Positions 24,947 to 37,764 of a stretch of DNA of 64,000 nt are shown here, in pieces. The stretch's first letter is position 1. Each line of letters opens with the position of its first letter. The notes beneath the pieces are model-generated. The model was given only the letters and a program-made list of their open reading frames with translations. It was not told the origin of the DNA and ran no database searches. This DNA is from Mantamonas sphyraenae STR306. Its lineage: Eukaryota > Protista > CRuMs. A program made the translations under genes and the position numbers. The DNA is taken from positions 62,001 through 126,000 of the forward strand of contig JAPMXV010000055.1 of NCBI GenBank assembly GCA_026936335.1, written 5' to 3'.

Positions 24947-25758
24947 GTGTGGTGGTACCCTGCAAAGAAGGGTATGCAGAAGTGGTGCAGGACACACTGT
25001 TGCTGTTTGGCAACGCAATGGAGGTGCTGGATCTGTCGCGGATTGCGTTTGTGACGCATGTGCACTTCAAGAGCGTGAACATCGAGCGGGTGATGCAAAG
25101 TCTGAAGAAACTGGCGCGGTTCAGGGATCTGGACACAGTGACGTTTGAGGACACGGGCATACGTACATTGTATACGCTGCAGCTGGCGGTGGAGAGTTTG
25201 TATATGCTGGCTGGGTTGCGGCACTTTAACATCAGCAACAACCCCGTGTGTTCCCTTCGTTTGTACCGCACGTACACGGTGTATCTGTTGAGCCAGAACG
25301 TGCAGAGCCTGGACGGACGCGACATCACCACACTGGAGCGCACAAGCGCGCACGACCAATTCAGCGACTTGAAGCGGGAGCTGCGCAAGGCCGACCAGCG
25401 GGAGCACGTCAAGCACGTGTTTACGTCGACAGCAGAGAAAATGTTTGCGCAGACGTGTACGTACACAGAGCGAAAGCGAGAGAGGAGACATGCACAGACT
25501 CACACAGACGCACGCACGCGCACAGATGTGGACGGGATTGTGAATCATGCGATTGGCATCGACCAGAAGATCCGGACGCTGAACACGGTGTGGCCGCAGA
25601 TTATGGAGATGTGGATCCGTGACAGCCTGCTGGACGCAGAAGCTCAGCTGGGGGTAGGGTCGACAGGCGCAGGGAGAGATGGCGAGGAGTTTGACGAGGA
25701 CGACGAGGACGACGAGGAGGAACGAGAGGAGGAGGCTGGTGCGTTGTCGCTCTCCTGA
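22931..25758 (+). CDS. LRRC49: Leucine-rich repeat protein 49-like (SDS22-type LRR, centriolar satellite / tubulin polyglutamylase complex); start uncertain (22931 or 23016); introns 23226-23337 and 25457-25525
   Basis: RRTEEARNENPERLNLNRRKLRHCPILQGEEQLKLLNLQNN..LRVLMLGKNKI..LDVLDLHGNKI follows the LRRC49 repeat order; second LRR patch near the C-terminus. Confidence 0.82.
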
Positions 25759-26852
25759 GGGTCAGATTGTTGCAGAAAGTTGTTTTCCACAATGAAGCGG
25801 AAGCATTGAAGTACTGCGCTGCGCTCTTGGTTGATTTCGTCCTGGAGGAGCATGTGGAGTAGGGTTGGCCGCCTTGGCTTTGTCTCGTGCGCAAGGCGAG
25901 CCCGTTTGGGGTCCACGCTTGTTGCGCTGTGCTGCTGCGTCCTGATCGTGCATAAAGTGGCACCGGTCGCCGTAACGACAGCCCTTGGCAGTGAGGAAGT
26001 GTTTGCAGACACCTCGCTTGCGTGCTTTGCGCGCCTGCAACTCGTCCTGCTGAGCCAGGCGCCCGTGGCCTTGAATGCCATCTTTGGAGATCGGTGCTTG
26101 TTCCACCACCTCGCCACGTGCTCGTCGAGCCTCCAGCTCCTCCTCTTTGCGCTTGATGTTGTTTTTGGTGGGGAACTTGGCCTTCCGTTTGCGGATCCAT
26201 TCGGCAATCTCTTCGGGCGACTCTTGCAACATCCAGAGCTTGCGTTGGCTGGAGAGGCGTGTGTGAGCCACGAGTGTGCATGTTGGCAACGCGGATGAGG
26301 AGTACGTGTGTGCGTGGCAACCTACCCTTTGGCATGCTTGTCGAGGAAATGTGCGCGGACCACAGCCCGCAGGGCCGAAAACTTGCATCCTGGTGCATCA
26401 CAGCTCACGTGGTGCTCCCTGTGTTTTCGATACTGCTCGTTGGTGTCAAAATGTTTGGCACAGGACTTGCACTCTGTGGTGGTAGAGTCTTGCTGCTGCT
26501 GTTGCTGCTCCTTTGGTAGCCTGCGGTCTTTCGGCTTTGCTTTTGCGCGCTGCACAGGCGCAGGCTGCTGTGTAGGCACGCCATGGCCATGGCTGTGGAC
26601 GTGACCGTGGTTGTTGTTCATGTACATGGGCGGATAAACGGGCGCCTGCTGCGGGTAGTACTGCATAGGGCCTGGATGCCAACCCCACGCTGGTGCCTGC
26701 TGCTGCCCGTACATATGTTGCTGCTGTTGCTGTTGCTGCATGTACATCTGGTGCTGCATGTGCACTTGTCGCATGCGAGCCTGTGCATCCATGGCCTGGT
26801 TTTGCAACGGCAATGACTTGCGGGGAGGTGGAGGTGGAGGGGGCCCTGGCAT
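25644..26852 (-). CDS. NUFIP1: NUFIP1/Rsa1-like box C/D snoRNP assembly factor with C2H2 and CCCH zinc fingers; one intron (~26325-26240), apparent indel near 25908; stop position uncertain
   Basis: CDAPGCKFSA..H, ESPEEIAEWIRKRKAKFPT (NUFIP1 core), CCCH finger CKHFLTAKGCRYGDRCHFMH, and C-terminal RPTLLHMLLQDEINQERSAVLQCFRFIVENNF. Confidence 0.82.
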
Positions 26853-26876
26853 TGCGTTTTTTTGTATTGGATTGGA

Positions 26877-27913
26877 TTAGCTCTCGTTGTCGTCTCGCGA
26901 GCCATACTGGGCATAGGCCCACGGGTTGTTGTCTGTGCGCGGGAAGGGGGACAGAGGGGACAGGATACGCGTGAGCAGGGGACGGGATCAACGCCCAGCA
27001 AAAGGAGGAGACCAACACAAGGGGCCCTCGCACCACCATGGCTCAGAGTTGGTATGAGTGATAAAAGTGATTCGAAAGTTCCAACATATACTCCTTCGGT
27101 TGGTTGTAGTTCGGTGTTGTCATCATCGCGACAGGTGGTACGAGAACCCAGTTCGAGGAAGTGGGTGTGTTTGTCACGCCACGGCGGCCCAACGACCACG
27201 GAACTTACCCAGCGGGCAGACTGAACGTGTCTGCAGCCATCGTCGGATGCAGTGGAAGTGGTATGCATGGTTGCACTGTCCCCACTGTGAGCATTGGGCC
27301 ACGAGGGAGGGTGTCAGAGTGAGTGGGGTTTGGGTTTCCCTCTTTGCACGCGCGAGGCACCTACAGCAATGTTGCATCCTTCCGAGTCTGTGCCTTGGTT
27401 GGCCTGGCACTCGATGCCTGCGGTGCATACATTGGGGTCAGATTCCGTCACGTCCTGCTGCCGCACACTCGCTCTCGCGGTCAAGCGGCAAAACCACCGC
27501 TGCCAATTTCGCGTGTGCACTCCCGCTCCCCCCACGCCCCACACGCTCACGTACAAAGTTCCATGATGTGATTACGGCAAATGGCACATGTTTCTACGCC
27601 TCGTCCTGGATGTTTGGAGGGTCCACGTGTGTGCAGCAAGCCGCACGGTGTCAGTTTAACGTCACGTTCACCCTCTCGGGAATTCCTGTGCGCCCACGTG
27701 TTTGCCCTCACGCATACGCCGCTGCGCAGGCTCGGCTCACAGCCCGCGCCACACAACCTACCCCAACTCCACATGGTCACTGCGCTCCACTTTTTGATGT
27801 CAAACTTGACCTCCTCGCTGGGCACGCCTTTGTGTTCCTTCTTCTTCTTGTCGCCACCCTCCTCTCCGTCCTTCTTCCTACGACGGCGCTCCTTCTTCTT
27901 GTCGTCTCCACTG

Positions 27914-27939
<26 letters not shown>
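26877..27939 (-). CDS. RBX1: RING-box protein 1 (Rbx1/Roc1), five exons; last exon 26932-26877
   Basis: KFDIKKWSAVTMWSW / ETCAICRNHIMELC / IECQANQ..EGCNIA / WGQCNHAYHFHCIRRWLQTRSVCPL / DNNPWAYAQYG pieces separated by GT-AG introns. Confidence 0.93.
27040..27130 (-). ncRNA. Intronic box C/D snoRNA candidate
   Basis: ATGATGA (C box, 27126-27120) and CTGA (D box, 27046-27043) enclose an AT-rich ~85-nt island, on the sense strand of an unusually long (276 nt) RBX1 intron. Confidence 0.65.
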
Positions 27940-29727
<1,788 letters not shown>

Positions 29728-30530
29728 CGCACAGAGCGGGCGCATCGGTTTCAAGGAGCAGCTGATCAGAAGGGATCACGGTTGCGAGCCGCTGGAATCC
29801 TTCGTCGCGCTCCACAATGGGTGCAATTGACAGGCAGTATCCACTCTCAATGGCCAGCCGTATGTTCTTCTTCCCTCCGTCGAATGCATGCAGGAGCACG
29901 TCCTTGGCGCCCAGTTCACGCAACAGCGTCACCGTCGGCTTGCTGGCGCTCCTGCTGTGCACGTTGATGGCCAGACCCAGTTCCATAGCCAGCTCCACCT
30001 GTCGTGCAAACGCTTTCCGTTGGTTCTCCTTGTCGCTGCAATTAGCCAGGATGTACGGGGAGAAATCAAGGCCAATCTCGCCTACGCCTGCCAAGTCTTC
30101 GGCGTGCTCACGAATGAGAGATTCCATCTCCTCCAACTCCTCGCATTGTCCCACACACTGCGGGTGCAGCCCAATGCACGGCTTGACCGTCGGGAATTCT
30201 TTGGCAAACGCAAGCACGCGCTTGGCAGACGCCAAATCGCTGCTCACGGCGACCACCACCTCCACGCCAGCTTCCACCGCAGATTTGACCACTGCTTCTC
30301 GGTCTTTGTCAAACTCGCTGTCCGCCAAGTGGCAGTGGGCATCCACCAGGCCGCATTGCTGGGTCATTGCCGTTTGCGTTGGCTGTGCGGGGGTTGGACG
30401 GCAGCTGGACGGCAGCTGGGGGACATCGCACGAGTCACAGAGTGGGAGCAGAGCTTCTGTTTGCTCTGGATTCATTGGGGCAGGAAGATTTCAACCGCTT
30501 GGGCGGTGCGACTGTCCACAGCGCCCTGGC

Positions 30531-31362
30531 TCACATGTAGCTGGGCGGAGCGTCGTTGTAGTTGATGGTCGTAGGAGCAGAGGGCGAGTCGTACGACGGT
30601 GGTGCCGTGTTGAACGACGGTGACGGCTCCTCGGTGGGTTCAGGCGCTTCTGGGAGTTGGTGATGTCCTCCCAACGCGCTCTTTGGCTTTCCGTAGATGA
30701 GAATCACCGCGCTGTGGTATCCACGAGATGTGCCGGGTGTTCGCACATTGGTAAACGCATACCGGACTGTCACCTGTGCAGTTTGGAACGCGTTCGAGCG
30801 GGAGATTGATTCGCAAACTTCCGGGAGCACATCGCGGTATTTTGCGATGACGTCGAAGCGCGTCTTGGACACGAGGCAAAACAAGCAACAGCCAAGCACC
30901 AAAAAGCCGCCAAACATGCCAAACATGCCGCCAATCATCGTTCCCGGGTCCGAACGCGCTTCGTCGCTGGAGAACAGGGAAAACATCCCTGCTACGATGC
31001 CCAGAAACGCGAGGCAGATGAAGCAAGGAAACCATACGAGGAGTCCCTTCTGTAGCGGTCCCACCGCCCCTCGCATGGCCTGGTCCACTTGCTCGATGGA
31101 GTAATTGAGGTCCTGCAGCGTCAACTGTGCGAAGCTCGCGTGTCAGCCACATCCACAGGCGGGGAGAACACCCTGTCACTCATCATCATCACTCCAGCTT
31201 CTTCCATACCGGCTTGAACTCGTCGGGCACAAAGTGCCAGCCGCCGGTGGTCGATGGCACGGTCTGGAAAAACTCAAGATGGTTCGGATTGCTTTCTGGC
31301 AAAACCATCCCCGGATTCAGGCCACCAAACGCCATTTGCTGGTTCATTTGTTGTGCCTGCAT
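30531..31362 (-). CDS. Hypothetical two-TM protein with C-terminal PPxY motifs; one intron near 31210-31125
   Basis: Two Cys/Gly-rich hydrophobic helices and a tail APPSYDSP..APPSYM; exon boundaries inferred. Confidence 0.6.
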
Positions 31363-31555
31363 GATGGATGGATGGATGGATGGATGGTGACCTGGTGGGT
31401 CGGGGGTTGAGTTGGGTTGGGTTGGGTTTTGCCAACGAGCAAACATAAGCACCATGAATCCCGAATGCCTCAGCATTCTCCCCATAACAGACTTTGCTGA
31501 CTGCGTTTCGGCTCGACCTCTCCGAATGTTTGTCTGCATGACTCAAGCTCGGTTT

Positions 31556-33022
31556 TCATTCGTCCACGGTCCGAAACCAAAAGGTGCCCGCGCCGTACCG
31601 ATTCGCTGGACCACCATCCTGGTTCCCACCGTCATACCTTCCTCTTCCATGCATCTGCACCGCTCCGTCTGCCAGATCCATCTCCGCATAGGCATTTGGC
31701 GCGCCGCCCGAGTTGTAATTCGGGAAACCCGGTCCGTAGCCAATCGCCACGACCCAGTAATCTCCTGCCACCAGCTCCACAGACTCAAGCAGGTCACAAC
31801 GCATGTGGCAGCCCACCAGCTCGCTCTCATCTTCGACGGAACACTGCACTTGCGGCACAACCTCCTCGTTTGACCCATCCCGCACAATGGAAACCCTGAT
31901 TGGCCGCGGCTGGGATCCAGAGGACATGAAAGCACCCAGGGCACACACCTCAATGGTCTTGAGCACCCGGAAGCCGAGCCAAAGGCGTCGTTGGTAGTCT
32001 TGGTTGCCCTGCGCGCCATCGCGGAATGTTTGGAACATGTGCTCGGGTGGAGCAGCTTTCCCCGCCCGTGTGGTCCTTTCACGGGGAGTGGTGCTGAACG
32101 ACAAGCCATTCAGTGTCTTGCTGGCGACCGATTCAGAAAAGGCAGCCGTTGCCAGCACGTCAAACAACACAGCGTTCTTTGGCAGCTGCGCAAGCACACT
32201 CAACAGCACCTTTTTCGACACTGACGCCCATCGGATGTGCTGCCATGGAGCATCGCCGGTGGTCGTCGTCGCCTCTTGCCACTCCAGCAACGCCGTCACC
32301 AGCTGTTGTTCACGCACGTCCCACGCCATGGTGTCGCTTTGGAGCACGGCTGCCCACATTTCCTCTGTGAAACCCATGTGCAGCTGCTGGCCCAGCACCT
32401 CGTCCATGTGCTGCGCAACAAGCGTCCCCATTCCTGACACAAACTCGCTCGATGGCAGCATTGTGCACGCAGCATCCAGCAGCTCCACACACAGCTCCAC
32501 GCTCAGGTTGTTGTTCTCCTTCACCAGTGCCTTGGCCACGTCAGCCACAAGGTCAAGCTGGCTGTACGCGTCGGCCAAAAGAGCCAACCCGAACAACTCT
32601 TCCGCCGCAACGCGCACTGAACCCCTGTACAGGTATTCCAACAAATTCAAAAACAACCCAGAGTCACACTCATGCAGCTGCACTGTGTTCTGGGAGCCCT
32701 CGGACAAGCCGTCGAGCAGCATGGACCGAAAAAAGTCAGAACGCGCAGCGAGCACAGCACGATGCACCTGCACCTGTTCCTGGTCATCAAACGTCAACGT
32801 CAAATCGCTCAACTGCCTGCCTTCGTCAGACCACAACCACGCTATCCCGCGTTCGTCATCACAGCCGCCCACGATGACACTCATCCCCGAATTCCCACTC
32901 TCTCCGCCGCCGTTGCTTGACGCCAGGCGCTCCAGAACGTCCACTGTCCTCTTTCCCCTGGAGCTCTTGCCACCTACACCATCCTCACTGCTGCTGCTGC
33001 TGCTGCTGCTGCTTTTGCTCAT
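31556..33022 (-). CDS. BTB/POZ-BACK protein with a beta-rich C-terminal domain
   Basis: LSDLTLTF..VQVHRAVLAARSDFFRSML..LLEYLYRG BTB motif followed by a BACK-like region (HIRW). Confidence 0.85.
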   Translation of the reverse strand: MSKSSSSSSSSSEDGVGGKSSRGKRTVDVLERLASSNGGGESGNSGMSVIVGGCDDERGIAWLWSDEGRQLSDLTLTFDDQEQVQVHRAVLAARSDFFRSMLLDGLSEGSQNTVQLHECDSGLFLNLLEYLYRGSVRVAAEELFGLALLADAYSQLDLVADVAKALVKENNNLSVELCVELLDAACTMLPSSEFVSGMGTLVAQHMDEVLGQQLHMGFTEEMWAAVLQSDTMAWDVREQQLVTALLEWQEATTTTGDAPWQHIRWASVSKKVLLSVLAQLPKNAVLFDVLATAAFSESVASKTLNGLSFSTTPRERTTRAGKAAPPEHMFQTFRDGAQGNQDYQRRLWLGFRVLKTIEVCALGAFMSSGSQPRPIRVSIVRDGSNEEVVPQVQCSVEDESELVGCHMRCDLLESVELVAGDYWVVAIGYGPGFPNYNSGGAPNAYAEMDLADGAVQMHGRGRYDGGNQDGGPANRYGAGTFWFRTVDE

Positions 33023-33078
33023 GGCTTGCTGTGATGCACACACCGTCGCAGGCAAAACAAACCACACCTCTTCCATCG

Positions 33079-36000
33079 ATGTCTCACGCCAGTGAACAAG
33101 AGACGGTAGAACAATGCAACACGGTACTGCGTGACGTGGGCATCCCAGTGACTGTCGAGGCCCTGGACAACTGCACACCGAGCATGTATGTGGCCATGTT
33201 TGAGTCCATGTTCCATCCGCTTGACGACGTCGTCCGCAGACCCACCACGCTCCAGGACCACGTCCACAACTGCCAGCTGGTCATCGACACGCTCGGCAAC
33301 GATCTCCTCCAGGTCGACCTTTCCCACATCACCGGCCAGGACATCTGCCGCGGCGACAAGCTCGCCATTGTCAATCTCGTGGAGATTTTCTACGAGCTCA
33401 ACCAAATCCGCCTGCAGAGCGAGCGCAACGTCTCCAACCACAGCATGGACAGTGCAGGTAGGTTCTCACACACCGGTTTCCCTCCCTCAACCAATTTGGG
33501 TGCTTCGTGCACCTTGCTCTGCTGCGCTGTGGCCACCTGCTTGTGCCCACCCGACCGTTGACACGCAGATTTTTTTCTGACACCCCCCCTCCTCCTTCCC
33601 CAAATTCTCAACCACCGCAGCGGAGGGCCAGACGCAGACGGACGATGAGGTGGGCGTGCCCAACACATTCTCTGAAGGCTACGCGGGAGATTATGAAGCC
33701 AACAACGCAGCGTCAGAGGCGTGGTCGGGCGACGACGAAGACGACGAGGCAGCCGAACCCATCAATCCGCAGGACATCAAGTCGTCTCGCACGCCGCGGC
33801 AGCGCGAGCAGGCTTTGGAGCCCGGCACGAGCAGCAGCAGCAGCAGCGAGGGCGAGGATGGCACATCGCACTCGCGCATGAACAACAAGCGACGCAGCAA
33901 GTCGCGTCGCACGTCGCGCAAGTCGTCCGCCGGCACTGCTGGCACGTCCACTACGCAACGCACACCCGCAGGCACGGCCAGCGAGGGACTGAGTGGCTAT
34001 GGAAGCGACAGCGAAGACTCGTTCCTGCCACCACGCACCTATACACAGGCGGAGCGGCTGAACCAAAGCACCCTCTCCACCCGAACCGACGACAGCATGG
34101 TCTACCCCGTGGACAAGGACAACCCTTTCCAGCCTGCACACATTAACGCCAGCAGGGACGCAGAGGACGAAGAGGACGAAGAGGACGAAGAGGACGAAGA
34201 GGACGAAGAGGACGAAGAGGACGACGAGAGCGACGAGAGCGACGAAGCAGCACGCTCGCTCATCGACGAACTCCGCTCGCGTACCACGGCCTCTTCCGAC
34301 GAGGAACGACGCGAGAAAGCAAAACCCAGCAGCCTGTTTCCCGACGCAAATGCACCCAGCAACCTGTCGGACATCACCTCGGAGACGGCGAGCACGCGCA
34401 GAAGCACCCCGAAGCGCAAGGGACAGCAGCAGCAGAAGCAGCAACACGGGAGCGCCGCCAAAGGATCTGTGGCCACATACGCATCGATGCAGCAACAGAT
34501 GCGCGACGACATGCTGGAGAGGGGAAACGACGGCATGGACAGCAGTACGCTGAGGCGACCAGGCTCAAAGTCGCGCAAGCGAGGCAACAAACGACGCATG
34601 CCACACGGCACCCCGGGCAGTGTGGCCTCACGCAATTCCAACACACGCGACAGTGTCGACGACATCCTGGACAACCTGCGCGTCAACGCAGGGCTGCCCA
34701 TTGGCGGCACCCGAGGCAACAACGGCAACTCCCCGTCGCTGGCCGACAACAGCGACGCAGACGTCGCCAGTCAGTTTGTGCACACGCCTCCGGCCACGTC
34801 CACTTCCACCACGTCCACCTCCTCCAAAGGATCCTCCGCCGAAGACGATGCAGACGTCTACGAGGCCTTTCAGCGCATCCGCAACGCCAAACCTGATCTG
34901 GGCGTCCCCTCCTCCGCGGCTTCCAACAGCAACCGCTCCACCGGCTCCCTCAAGGCCCAAATGGAGCAAGACGAGCTGTTGCGCGAGTTTGCCCGTTTTG
35001 TGGCCACCCGCAGGGTCAACCCGGAGCAGCTGGAGGCCGAACAGAAACGTAGCCAGGAAGCCCTCATGGCTGCACGTGCCCACGACACAAGCACCCCGGA
35101 GTTTATGCGTCTGCTGGAGGCCGAAGAGGCTGAGGAGGCTGCGCGTGCGCAGATTGCCCTTGAGCCCACCGAGGAGGATTATGAGGCCTTTGAGGCCTAT
35201 CTGCTCGCAAAGGGTGTCAAGAGCACACTGGATCGCAGTCGCAGTCGCAGTCGCAGCCGAAGCAAGGGCCGCAGCAAGAGCCGCGGAAGCAACCGCAAGA
35301 ACAACCGCACACGAAAGGCCGGCATCGACGCCAACCTGCGCAAGAAGCGACCTCAGTCTGCACGCACAGGGGCACGACCACGCAGTGCCAGCAGCCGCAG
35401 TCGAAGTAGCTCCAGTCGCAGCCGCAGTGCAGAACGCTCGTCCTCGCGTCGCAACACTCACAAAAAGAAGCAGGGCGGAAACTCCTTCCAGTTCCTGCGA
35501 GAGCTGACTCCAACCAAGAAGCAACAGGCCAAGGATTCGCCCGGCCAGCTGCGTCGTCTCGAGAAGCAGCACAACAGGCTCATGGAATCGTTTGCTGGCG
35601 ACCTGCCCGAACCAAGCAAGGAGCAACAGCAGGAACACAGCAATGCGCAGCAACTGGTGCCCCACGAGTTGCAACAGCGCGTGTTTGCCGCCAATGCAAA
35701 CAAACACCGTGCACATCTCGCTCAGCGACGCAGTCAGGAGCGCCAGAACCGTGTCATGGGCCTCTACGCAGGCATGGTGGGCGAACTGCAGTCGCTGGAG
35801 CGCATGCAGAATGCCAGCAAGGAGTCGCAGGCCAAGAAGAATGCCAAGCGAGCCAGCCATCACAACCGCGCCGTGGGCAAATACGTCAAGCAGTTCCAGG
35901 AACAGGCCAAACTTGACCGCAAGTCCCGCATGCTGCGCAGGCAATCCAAGGAGGAGCTTGTGTACAAGCATGTGTTCAATCACATGCTCCAGCTGGAGAA

Positions 36001-36346
36001 GCAGCGCATCCGGGAGGAGCGCAAGCTGCGCAAGGAGAACTGGCAGAAGATCAACTCGGAGGCCGAGAACCGTCTCCAATCCATTGAGAACTACTACAAG
36101 GACCAGTTTGACATGTTGCGCGAAGAGATCAGCACCATCAAGAAGGAGCGTGGCATCGCCGAAAAGGCACAGCGTTGGGCTCTTGATCGTCTCGAGCGCG
36201 ACACGCGCCAGGAGATGAAGGAGCGTCTCGAACGTCTCTACTGGCGTGCCCAGAGTGAAGATGACATGTATTACCAGCGTGTCCTGGACCCCGAGGGCCT
36301 TCTGGACACCTTCCTGGAGCTCGCCGACCAGATGAGCGGTCGTTGA
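33079..36346 (+). CDS. CEP95: Centrosomal protein CEP95-like; intron ~33458-33620
   Basis: N-terminal HNCQLVIDTLGNDLLQVDLSHITGQDICRGDKLAIVNLVEIF (DUF5745-like) and C-terminal coiled coil with SIENYYKDQFDML. Confidence 0.78.
34163..34222 (+). repeat. Coding 9-bp tandem repeat (GAGGACGAA) x6-7 encoding (EDE)n
   Basis: Directly visible perfect repeat. Confidence 0.9.
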
Positions 36347-36372
36347 AAGGCGGCGGCGGAGGCCGCGGCTGC

Positions 36373-37728
36373 TCATCCCCCCGTGGACAGCAGACCGCTG
36401 TCGTCGGGCAGACCGTACGTGACTGTGACCCAATACTGCATGAGGGCAACAAACACAAACAGCGCAAACATCCCGTTCCCGTGTTGCACGTTGAGCTCGC
36501 GGAAATACCAGCATACCAGCCCAGCAGCAAGGGCACACAGCGCCAGCGTGCCGATGCTAAACGGAAATGCAGGCACGTCCCATTCAAACTCCTTCACCAC
36601 GCCGTAGATGCTAAACACACCCGTCAGCAGTGTCGTCTTGGAGATGGTCCCGCCCACCAGGTTGCTCACCGCCACATTGATTGACGACGACTTGCCCTTC
36701 CGTGCCATCTGAATCGACTCCATGATTTCCGGCGCCTCACTGGCCACGGGGGCCAAGAAGAATGCCAGCAGCGTCGGTGACAAGCCCAGCGTGCTTGCCA
36801 GCTTCACAACCTCTTCAATGAACGGCTCGCTCGACACAAAGATCAGCAGGCCGCCAACCACAAGATATCCAATGCCCTTGCTCAGTGGCTCCTCCTCTTC
36901 GTCGTCGTCCGAGTCGCTGTCGTGTCCTGTCCGTGTGTGCGCGTGTGTGTGTGTCAGTCGGTGCCGCACGCGACTCTGCACCGTCTCGTCTCCCGCCTCC
37001 CCCCACCTACCTGCTTCCACATCCTGTTCAACGTCGTCCTCTTTGGCGTCGTCTCCACCGCGAGACGGCTCCTGCTTGCTTGTCAGCGTGTAGTACAGGA
37101 ACCAGCCGTATTCCAGCACGCCAACCACTCCCAGCAGCATGTTGAAGCCGACCAGGGCACACACAAACGTGCCCACGGTACTTGCAGCCAGAATCAGCGC
37201 CTGGCGACGCACCGAAGGGAACAAGTACAGCGTCCCTGTGCGTCGAGCCTGCGTGCCAACCCAGAACACACACGCCACAGCCACAGTGCACACAACTGGA
37301 GTCACACAGGCAGGCAGGGACACACACACACACACACACACACCCATGCATCATGCAGCCAAAACACAAATCCCACACAACATCCCGCACAGCGGGGGTG
37401 TTCCATTCCATCCGCAGTGTACATTGCACCACCCCCCACGTAGGCACGCGCATATTTTGTCAGATGGCGCCTTGACCCCGTAGCCCCAACCTTTTGCGCA
37501 CCGTCACTCACCAATGGCACTGCCGCTGATGGCCCCCGTGGCAAAGCGCACGTTGCCAGACTCCAACGCACTCAGCAGGAAGATGGCTTCGGGCAGCGTG
37601 TTCAACCACGCCACCACCAGGCCGCCCACAATGCTCGCATCAAAGTGGTCTCCCAGAATCTCCCCTCCCTCGCCCACCAGGTAGGATGCCACCATCAGCA
37701 AGACAAAGGTGCCAACCAAGACCAGCAT
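36373..37728 (-). CDS. Ca2+/cation (Na/Ca, H/Ca) antiporter family protein, several introns
   Basis: Two alpha-repeats, GGLVVAWLNTLPEAIF and AFFLAPVASEAPE..NVAVSNLVGG, with ~10 TM helices. Confidence 0.8.
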
Positions 37729-37764
37729 TTGCTCCTCCCTTGTTGGTGTTTGGCGTTGGTCTGG

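Noticed and set aside
31130-31195. TGATGATGATGA..CTGA on the minus strand as a second C/D snoRNA
   Set aside because: Too short, the CTGA coincides with the usual branch-point motif, and the TGA run is a simple repeat.
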